DNA of 48,023 nucleotides. It comes from Parcubacteria group bacterium Gr01-1014_20. GTDB taxonomy: Bacteria; Patescibacteriota; Minisyncoccia; UBA6257; 2-01-FULL-56-20. The stretch lies in NCBI GenBank assembly GCA_007376265.1, contig VMFW01000004.1, positions 1-48,023 on the forward strand. The letters are read 5' to 3'. Below are positions 42,530 to 48,023 of this stretch, one piece after another. The translations under genes and the position numbers were made by a program. The number at the start of each line of letters is the position of its first letter. The stretch's first letter is position 1. The notes beneath the pieces are model-generated. The model was not told the origin of the DNA. It ran no database searches and was given only the letters and a program-made list of their open reading frames with translations.

Positions 42530-42850
42530 ATGGCTAGTTTCGAAGATTTCAGTAAGCTCGATCTACGCGTGGGGAAGGTTTTAGAGGCCGAAAAAATTGA
42601 AGGATCAGAAAAACTCCTAAAACTACAGGTCAGTATTGGCGAGGAAACCCGCCAGATTTTAGCCGGTATCGCCAAATCTTATCCCCCAGAGAATTTGATT
42701 GGGAAATTCATTGTCGTTATCGCTAATCTTGATCCAAGAAAAATGATGGGGCTCGAAAGTCAAGGCATGTTACTCGCCGCGGATGCGGATGAAGGACCCG
42801 TTCTCCTCGTTCCGGACTCGGAGGTTTTTCCTGGCGCAAGGATTAAGTAA
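42530..42850 (+). CDS. csaA: tRNA-binding domain protein (CsaA/Trbp111-like)
   Basis: FSKLDLRVGKVLEAEKIEGSEKLLKLQVSIGEE...IVVIANLDPRKMMGLESQGMLLAA. Confidence 0.85.
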   Translation: MASFEDFSKLDLRVGKVLEAEKIEGSEKLLKLQVSIGEETRQILAGIAKSYPPENLIGKFIVVIANLDPRKMMGLESQGMLLAADADEGPVLLVPDSEVFPGARIK

Positions 42851-42854
42851 GAGC

Positions 42855-43556
42855 ATGTTCGAGCTAAAACAATATAAAGAATTATCCACCTCTGCCACCG
42901 CCTTGATCATCGCCAACTTTGTGCCGCTTGTTGGTGTCATTTTCTTTGGTTGGAGTTTATTCCTAATCTTGTTCCTCTATTGGGCTGAGAGTGCCGTTAT
43001 TGGTTTTTTCAACGTCCTCAAAATGCTAACGGCCGCCAACACCTTGAAACCAAACCAAGAAGACAGTGCAGGAATAATGCTTAAAAATGCTCGACGGATA
43101 CCGCTATTCCTTCTAAAAACATTCCTAATTGGTTTTTTCATTTTCCACTATGGCGTATTTATGCTTGTTCACCTCTCTTTCATCATCGTCCTCTTTAGCC
43201 CCTGGAGTCCATTCGCGGTTCTATCCAGTCAAGCCACAGGATTTGAGGTCACTCTGCCCAACTTAATTTTTCAAATTCTTTACCCTATCCTTTTTCTGTT
43301 TGTGAGTCACGGCATCTCTTACTACGTGAATTTTCGTAAACGCGGAGAATATTTAATTGCCAATCTGCCGACATTATTCGGTGAACCGTACGCGCGAATA
43401 ATTCTGATGCACCTAGTGATTATTTTAAGTGGTTTCGCCATCACCTTTGTCGGTGGGGGAATGATTCCTTTGATGACTATGGTTATTCTAAAAACCATTT
43501 TCGATCTCAAGGCACACGCAAAAGAACGTACCCGATTTACTCCCCAAACTAATTGA
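42855..43556 (+). CDS. multi-pass membrane protein (DUF6498-like)
   Basis: ATG at 42855 follows the csaA stop, whereas the track start at 42783 would overlap csaA. NFVPLVGVIFFGWSLFLILFLYWAESAVIGFFNVLKM. Confidence 0.7.
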   Translation: MFELKQYKELSTSATALIIANFVPLVGVIFFGWSLFLILFLYWAESAVIGFFNVLKMLTAANTLKPNQEDSAGIMLKNARRIPLFLLKTFLIGFFIFHYGVFMLVHLSFIIVLFSPWSPFAVLSSQATGFEVTLPNLIFQILYPILFLFVSHGISYYVNFRKRGEYLIANLPTLFGEPYARIILMHLVIILSGFAITFVGGGMIPLMTMVILKTIFDLKAHAKERTRFTPQTN

Positions 43557-43579
43557 CAAAATAAACAAAATTGGTAAAA
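43552..43579 (+). promoter_or_regulatory. strong sigma70 promoter with extended -10
   Basis: TTGACA (43552-43557), 16 nt, TGgTAAAAT (43571-43579). Confidence 0.7.
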
Positions 43580-43612
43580 TAGGCGAAGTCATTTTCAGCC
43601 GAGGGAGGAGAT

Positions 43613-43996
43613 GTGGAGAAAAACAAGGGCATTCTTGGTCGCAAAATCTTGTTTATATTTCTGGTCCTTTGCGTAGCTTGGGTAGTGATTGGCACTTGGA
43701 TAGTTCCTAGAACTCTCGAACACGACAAGCTTTTCCCTCCAGACGGGGTAATCATAGCTCTTGCCATCCTTATGATCCCACTCTTCTACGTGCTCCTGGT
43801 TTTAGCTCCTAGGGTCACGAGAGTGTCTGATGCCTACGCTAGAAAAGATGAGCGGGGGCTGGCCGTCGGTTTCTTTACCTGTCCAACCTGTCATAAACGC
43901 TTTTGTGGCCCTGGCGCCTGTCTAGACTGTCCTAATCTACCGGATCTCGTATACCGGGAAGAGGTTTGGCAAGAAAACACCAAAACCCAACCCTAA
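43613..43996 (+). CDS. membrane protein with C-terminal CxxC...CxxC zinc-ribbon
   Basis: GTG start just after GGGAGGAG. Two TM helices, then FTCPTCHKRFCGPGACLDCPN. Confidence 0.6.
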   Translation: MEKNKGILGRKILFIFLVLCVAWVVIGTWIVPRTLEHDKLFPPDGVIIALAILMIPLFYVLLVLAPRVTRVSDAYARKDERGLAVGFFTCPTCHKRFCGPGACLDCPNLPDLVYREEVWQENTKTQP

Positions 43997-44030
43997 GCCG
44001 CGCTTTAATAAATCGCGGCTTTTCTATTTT
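43995..44030 (+). terminator. intrinsic terminator
   Basis: aagccgcg pairs with cgcggctt, followed by a T-rich tract. Confidence 0.75.
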
Positions 44031-44083
44031 TTAAGGAAATGGGTAAAATAGTTAGGTTCATTAGAGTCCGTATTTCGTAGCCG

Positions 44084-44104
44084 TAATTCATTATTCACAC
44101 TTCA
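44084..44104 (+). repeat. three heptads (TAATTCA TTATTCA CACTTCA) abutting the nfo ATG
   Basis: The first 14 nt are identical to 19295-19308 upstream of uvrA. Confidence 0.7.
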
Positions 44105-44949
44105 TGATTCCAATTCTAGGCGCCCATGTTTCAGCCTCGGGTGGACTTTACAGGGCGTTTGAAAGTGCTAAGAAAATTGGTGCCGAAGCCATTCAGATTT
44201 TCGGTTCCTCTCCCCAGCAATGGTCCGTTCGGTTTCCAAGCGAAGAAGATATCAAAAAGTTTAAATCAGCCCACAAAGAATCAGGAAATATTCCAGTTTT
44301 CCTCCACGCTTCATATCTCGCAAATTTGGCCAGTCCAAACGAAATCACTCGCGCCAACGCCCTCCAAAGTCTTACGGGTCATTTGAAGATCGCCGATTCC
44401 ATTGACGCTCAAGGCTTAGTTTTCCACATTGGTTCTGGCAAGGATCAATCTAAAGAAGACGCCCTGAAACTTGTCGTCGAAGGTTGCCAAAAAATCTTAA
44501 AAAATGTTCCAGGAAAAACCCAACTCATTTTAGAAAACTCCTCGGCCGGCGGAGCCAAGCTCGGCGCCACCCCTCAAGAAATCGGCCAGATTTTGAAAAA
44601 AATTAACTCACCTCGCGCTAAGGTTTGTTTCGACACCGCCCACGCCTTTGAGGCTGGCATGATTGAATATGATTCCTTGGCAAAAATAAAGACGGTGTTT
44701 GATGAGTGGGGTAGGGAAGTGGGTCTCGCGAATATCGTCGCGATTCATGCGAACGATTCTAAAACCCTTTTTGCTTCCCATAATGATCGCCACGAGAATC
44801 TGGGCCAAGGTCACATAGGGATCAAAGGTTTCCAAAATTTAGCCAAAGAAAAACGACTCCACAATAAAGTTTGGCTCCTCGAGGTTCCTGGTTTTGACGG
44901 TTTGGGTCCAGACAAGAAAAACATCGAAATTTTAAAGTCATGCTTTTAA
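44104..44949 (+). CDS. nfo: endonuclease IV (deoxyribonuclease IV)
   Basis: IPILGAHVSASGG, FLHASYLANLAS, VFHIGS, ILENSSAGG, CFDTAHAFEAG, HANDSK. Confidence 0.93.
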   Translation: MIPILGAHVSASGGLYRAFESAKKIGAEAIQIFGSSPQQWSVRFPSEEDIKKFKSAHKESGNIPVFLHASYLANLASPNEITRANALQSLTGHLKIADSIDAQGLVFHIGSGKDQSKEDALKLVVEGCQKILKNVPGKTQLILENSSAGGAKLGATPQEIGQILKKINSPRAKVCFDTAHAFEAGMIEYDSLAKIKTVFDEWGREVGLANIVAIHANDSKTLFASHNDRHENLGQGHIGIKGFQNLAKEKRLHNKVWLLEVPGFDGLGPDKKNIEILKSCF

Positions 44950-44991
44950 CCCGAGTTTACTTTGCTGTGTACAAGTCGATTTTCTATTTTT

Positions 44992-45010
44992 AAGTTTAAA
45001 TTTTAAACTT
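44992..45010. promoter_or_regulatory. 19-bp perfect palindrome (candidate operator) 5 nt upstream of the sod start
   Basis: AAGTTTAAA-T-TTTAAACTT. Confidence 0.5.
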
Positions 45011-45015
45011 AGCTC

Positions 45016-45657
45016 ATGACCCCCCACACCTTACCAAAACTCTCGTACGCCTACAGCGCCCTTGAGCCCTACATAGACGCGGAAACAATGGAAATTCACC
45101 ATGCTAAACACCACCAGGCCTACATTAATAATTTGAATGCCGCAATCGAAAAACATCCGGATTTCGGAGACACCACAACCGAAACTCTATTAAGAAGTTT
45201 GGGTAGTCTCCCGGAGGACATTCGAGATGTTGTTCGAAACAACGGGGGCGGGCATTTTAATCACACGTTTTTCTGGAAAATTATGGCGCCGCCAAAAGAA
45301 AGTTCCTGGCCCGAAGGAATCCTAACCGACGCTATATCGAAAAATTTCAAAACCCTAGATAATTTTAAGCAACTTTTTACTAAAGCCGCACTCGGTCGTT
45401 TTGGCAGTGGTTGGGCCTGGGTGAGCGTTACAAGTCTTGGCGGACTAGAAATTCACTCCACCCCCAATCAAGATAACCCCATTACCGAAGGGTTGATTCC
45501 TATCCTTGGCCTAGATGTCTGGGAGCATGCCTATTATTTAAAGTATCAAAATCGCCGGCCAGAATACATCGAAAATTGGTGGCACGTAGTTGACTGGTCT
45601 CAAGTCTCCGAAAGTTATTCCAAGGCCATTGAATCGATTCGACCACACTCGGCTTGA
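45016..45657 (+). CDS. Fe/Mn-family superoxide dismutase
   Basis: LPKLSYAYSALEPYIDAETMEIHHAKHHQAYINNLN and GLDVWEHAYYLKYQNRRPEYI. Confidence 0.95.
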   Translation: MTPHTLPKLSYAYSALEPYIDAETMEIHHAKHHQAYINNLNAAIEKHPDFGDTTTETLLRSLGSLPEDIRDVVRNNGGGHFNHTFFWKIMAPPKESSWPEGILTDAISKNFKTLDNFKQLFTKAALGRFGSGWAWVSVTSLGGLEIHSTPNQDNPITEGLIPILGLDVWEHAYYLKYQNRRPEYIENWWHVVDWSQVSESYSKAIESIRPHSA

Positions 45658-45679
45658 TCTCTCATTCGAGGGAAATCTA

Positions 45680-45706
45680 AAAAACATCCCGCCGGGGATG
45701 TTTTTT
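45680..45706. terminator. bidirectional intrinsic terminator
   Basis: aaaaacatccc gccg gggatgtttttt. Confidence 0.85.
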
Positions 45707-46145
45707 ATTCAAGAACAACGATCTTCGTCTGGCTAATACCAAATTTTTTTGCCTCTTGCTTAGAGGCCATCCAAATGTCTAGATTGTTGGTTTTCCGAGA
45801 ATGCATGCGGTCCTCAACCACAAAAACTCTTTCTCCGAAATATTCAGGAATTAAAACCTTCGTTCCAAAAGGAAAAAGATTGGTAGCCACCACACCCTCT
45901 CTTACCGTACTACCAGAAGCGGTAATAAATGGGGTATCATCGGTTTCTTCTGGGGTGCTTGAATAAGCCGTAACCCAAATTTCTAGGGTCTTTCTTACAA
46001 CGTAGGGGGCTACTCGAGCCGTAGATTCTCGGTTCTCATTTAGGTTCGGAATAGCACTAATCGAGCTACCAGTAGCCGATCCCAAATTTGAAACCAGAGT
46101 AAACGCTAAAAGTAAGTATTTTCCAAACATATCGCTTTTTTCCAA
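45705..46145 (-). CDS. secreted 3D-domain protein (MltA/YabE C-terminal-like, cell-wall associated)
   Basis: Signal peptide, then WVTAYSSTPEETDDTPFITASGSTVREGVVATNLFPFGTKVLIPEYFGERVFVVEDRMHSRKTNNLDIWM. TTG start lies 10 nt after a GAGGAGG SD. An alternative ATG lies at 46130. Confidence 0.8.
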   Translation of the reverse strand: MEKSDMFGKYLLLAFTLVSNLGSATGSSISAIPNLNENRESTARVAPYVVRKTLEIWVTAYSSTPEETDDTPFITASGSTVREGVVATNLFPFGTKVLIPEYFGERVFVVEDRMHSRKTNNLDIWMASKQEAKKFGISQTKIVVLE

Positions 46146-46195
46146 TAAAAAAGCCCCTCCTCGGGGTTTAACACTTCTCTATTAGGTTAGCCTAC

Positions 46196-46224
46196 ATACT
46201 ACTCCTCCCGCCGAAAAAAGTCAA
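46196..46224 (-). promoter_or_regulatory. sigma70-like promoter for the 3D-domain gene
   Basis: On the minus strand: TTGACT (46224-46219), 17 nt, TAGTAT (46201-46196). Confidence 0.55.
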
Positions 46225-46242
46225 CCCTTAGCAAAATAGAAC

Positions 46243-46443
46243 TAAAAAAGCCCTACTGGGCTCTATTCTGACTCAAAACCATGGCTTCTAACCATGGCTT
46301 GAGCGCTTTGGCTGTTTTTTGGTGGGACTTTCCGCTTGTCTTAATAAGGTTTGATCCTCGGTGATAAGCCCTCAGGCTTGCACGATTCGGATCAATATTT
46401 TAAAGATTTATTTGATCGGAAGTACCCTCCCGCAGACAAAGCT
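46243..46443 (-). ncRNA. candidate structured RNA of about 200 nt, of unknown class
   Basis: On the minus strand: TTGACT (46477-46472), 16 nt, GATAAT (46455-46450) with an upstream T-rich tract. No canonical ORF of meaningful length is present. A 12-bp hairpin is built from the CCATGG direct repeat. The region ends with a gagccc agta gggctt hairpin followed by T6. Confidence 0.3.
46277..46300. repeat. 11-nt direct repeat AACCATGGCTT x2 (period 13), each containing palindromic CCATGG
   Basis: 46277-46287 and 46290-46300, read directly. The two copies can pair as a hairpin. The minus-strand version has G-U where the plus strand has A-C. Confidence 0.75.
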
Positions 46444-46513
46444 AATCTAATTATCATTCGACTCCGAACGAAGTCAATAAAAAAAGTGGAAAACTCGTTG
46501 AAAACTAACTTCT

Positions 46514-46542
46514 TTGACATGGAGGCCCAATAAAACTACTAT
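46514..46542 (+). promoter_or_regulatory. sigma70-like promoter for the FAD oxidoreductase gene, overlapped by an 8-bp inverted repeat
   Basis: TTGACA (46514-46519), 17 nt, TACTAT (46537-46542). The gcccaata/tattgggc inverted repeat spans the -10. Confidence 0.65.
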
Positions 46543-46570
46543 TGGGCTAGCAAATTTAAAAGGAGGCAAA

Positions 46571-47713
46571 GTGGCCAACAAGAGAAAGGTTGTTATTATT
46601 GGGGCTGGAATTGTGGGTCTAGCCACAGCGCTCAAGGTTGGGCAAAGGCTCGACAATGCTGAAATAACGGTGCTTGAGAGAAATCATGAGGTTCTAAGCG
46701 AAACCAGCCGCTACAATAGCGGCGTCATTCATTCTGGTATTCATCAAAAGTCCAATCTGCTTAAATCCAGACTAGCCCCACGAGGCGGTCAGGAGCTTAT
46801 CCGCTTTTGTGAAGAAAACGACGTTCGATTTCGCCGAACCGGCATGCTCATCGCGGCCGCCTCAAGGGATCTAGCCGGCTTAACGAGAGAATTATCCTCG
46901 CTTTATCGATTGCGGAAAAATAGCCGAAGGCTGAATCTGAAACTACACGTCCTCAGTCGATATGGAATAGAGAAAATAGAACCCAACATCCGTGCCTTGC
47001 TTGGCATCTACTTATCCGAGGTTTGGGTCGTCGACCAGCTATCACTTGGTGCCGCCCTTCTAAAAGCCTGTCAAAACGCCGGTATTTCCATTGTTTTCGA
47101 GGCCAACGTTCAGAACATCGTTCGGTGTCGTAATCTGTACGAGATTTACACAAAGTCGAGCAAGTCGGGCGCGATTAAGGTTTTCGAGGGCTCGATTGTC
47201 GTAAACGCCGCCGGCGTGAACTCCGACACTATTGCGTCGGCCGCTGGGTTTCCGCGCTACAAAATTTATCCTTGCCGCGGCGAGTACTACGAAGTTATCG
47301 GGGAAAAAAGCAGCTTGGTCTCAAACACCCTAATTTACCCGGCTCTTCCGCCGGGCCACCCAGTCAAAGGCATTCACCTAACTAAAACCGCAGCCGGTCG
47401 TTTGCTAATTGGTCCAAACGCCAAATCCTGGGAATCAAAATTCGATAACTTCCGAATTCAAACTCCGCCCGCCGAGTTTCTTGACGGCGCGAAAAGGTTT
47501 CTTCCCGAGCTCACTGAATCAGATCTAAAATGGGCCTACTCCGGACTAAGGGCTAAAACCAATCCCGGCGTCGGAGAAGACGATTTCGTCATTCGATTTG
47601 AGGCCCACCATCCGCACTTTATCAATCTCGTTGGCATCGAATCTCCCGGACTCACCGCTTCCTTCGCCATTGGCGATTATGTTGTCTCTGGTTTTAGTTC
47701 GCATGGATTTTAA
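46571..47713 (+). CDS. FAD-dependent oxidoreductase (DAO family; L-2-hydroxyglutarate oxidase LhgO-like)
   Basis: GTG at 46571, 4 nt after an AAGGAGG SD. KVVIIGAGIVGLATA dinucleotide fold. C-terminal segment GIESPGLTAS. The track start at 46514 lies in the promoter. Confidence 0.85.
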   Translation: MANKRKVVIIGAGIVGLATALKVGQRLDNAEITVLERNHEVLSETSRYNSGVIHSGIHQKSNLLKSRLAPRGGQELIRFCEENDVRFRRTGMLIAAASRDLAGLTRELSSLYRLRKNSRRLNLKLHVLSRYGIEKIEPNIRALLGIYLSEVWVVDQLSLGAALLKACQNAGISIVFEANVQNIVRCRNLYEIYTKSSKSGAIKVFEGSIVVNAAGVNSDTIASAAGFPRYKIYPCRGEYYEVIGEKSSLVSNTLIYPALPPGHPVKGIHLTKTAAGRLLIGPNAKSWESKFDNFRIQTPPAEFLDGAKRFLPELTESDLKWAYSGLRAKTNPGVGEDDFVIRFEAHHPHFINLVGIESPGLTASFAIGDYVVSGFSSHGF

Positions 47714-47731
47714 TCCAGTTCAATAGTTTTG

Positions 47732-47758
47732 AACGGCTCCCAAAAAGAGCCGTTTTTC
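47732..47758 (+). terminator. intrinsic terminator
   Basis: aacggctc ccaaaaa gagccgtt, followed by TTT. Confidence 0.85.
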
Positions 47759-47793
47759 TATTTTTATAAAATCAGTGTTAGAATTCGAAAAAC

Positions 47794-48023
47794 ATGAAGG
47801 TCTACGACATTAGTCGCCCGATCGCTAAGGGCGAACCGATTTACCCAGGTAACTGGCCGATTGATTTGGTGAGAATTAAAAAATACGAAAAAGATGGTTC
47901 CACGCTCTCTGGCGTTAATCTTGGCCTTCACACCGCCTCGCACCTAGATCTCCCACCCCACTACTCTAAAAGCGCGCTCTCGGCTGAAAAAATTAATCTA
48001 GAAAAATGCTTTGGTTGGGCGAG
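47794..48023 (+). CDS. cyclase-family protein/arylformamidase-like, N-terminal part (runs off window end)
   Basis: MKVYDISRPIAKGEPIYPGNWPIDLVRI...GLHTASHLDLPPHY resembles the kynurenine formamidase/cyclase HxDxPxH motif. Confidence 0.7.
   Translation, partial: MKVYDISRPIAKGEPIYPGNWPIDLVRIKKYEKDGSTLSGVNLGLHTASHLDLPPHYSKSALSAEKINLEKCFGWA

Noticed and set aside
42783-42854. Upstream extension of the DUF6498-like membrane protein that overlaps csaA by 68 nt.
   Set aside because: The extension is out of character (basic, non-membrane). The ATG at 42855 lies just after the csaA stop.
46325-46333. GGAAAGUCC on the minus strand, matching the RNase P RNA P4 5' strand.
   Set aside because: The other universally conserved RNase P blocks (ACAGAAnnCGGCUUA, GUAAGAGC-type loops) are absent. 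Only about 80 nt remain before a terminator, so the unit is too short and wrongly ordered for RNase P RNA.
46351-46656. 60-aa ORFs on the plus strand (46351-46533) and minus strand (46474-46656).
   Set aside because: The plus-strand ORF has no SD and overlaps two promoter-like elements. The minus-strand ORF is antisense to the start of the FAD oxidoreductase gene.
1-48023. Scan for tRNA, rRNA, tmRNA, integrase or transposase genes that could delimit the islands.
   Set aside because: No T-loop (GGTTCGAATCC-like) or acceptor pairing, rRNA-like segment, tmRNA tag region or recombinase motif was recognised. The island boundaries are therefore inferred only from gene content, the pseudogene and composition.

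Overview
This is a 48-kb, gene-dense, moderately AT-rich bacterial fragment. Most genes are short units with sigma70-like promoters (TTGACA-N16-18-TAnAAT, often TGn-extended -10) and clean intrinsic terminators. No rRNA, tRNA, CRISPR array or transposase was recognised. The gene content points to a Patescibacteria/CPR-like reduced genome, which is an inference: DUF5671-type and DUF5667-type membrane proteins, a pilin-like anchored protein, a minimal UvrC, a UvrA missing its insertion domain, a short divergent enolase, and many tiny membrane ORFs. Core genes are as follows. Central carbon: glycerate 2-kinase, PEP synthase, D-2-hydroxyacid dehydrogenase, enolase. Regulation and folding: an ECF sigma/anti-sigma pair, FKBP isomerase, CsrA. 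DNA repair and stress: UvrB, UvrA, UvrC, DinB, endonuclease IV, Fe/Mn superoxide dismutase. RNA modification: TsaC/YrdC, RsmE, QueA, and a CsaA-like tRNA-binding protein. Nucleotide synthesis: IMP dehydrogenase and adenylosuccinate synthetase. Others: an FAD-linked oxidase, a CAP/SCP-domain protein, a 3D-domain protein, an LhgO-like FAD oxidoreductase and a cyclase/formamidase fragment. Five regions stand out. (1) An island at about 6.1-11.3 kb splits the glycerate/PEP module. It is bounded by a truncated 2-hydroxyacid dehydrogenase remnant and an intact paralog, and it carries an 838-aa protein with a PI3K/PI4K-like kinase catalytic core and a porin-like beta-barrel gene under a perfect consensus promoter. 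(2) A block of four monocistronic secreted-protein genes at 22.0-25.4 kb lies between uvrA and csrA/uvrC. It holds a GHP-repeat peptide, a Cys-rich lipoprotein, a Cys-rich peptide and a GWxTD-like protein. (3) An orphan csrA may be paired with a candidate GGA-rich small RNA at about 35.83-35.93 kb. (4) There is a P-loop NTPase-CYTH fusion and an orphan KAS III-like enzyme. (5) Several cis elements were noted: heptad repeats shared upstream of uvrA and nfo, a 19-bp palindrome before sod, leaderless-type promoters, and a second promoter-to-terminator RNA candidate. All functional calls come from reading motifs by eye; no searches were run.
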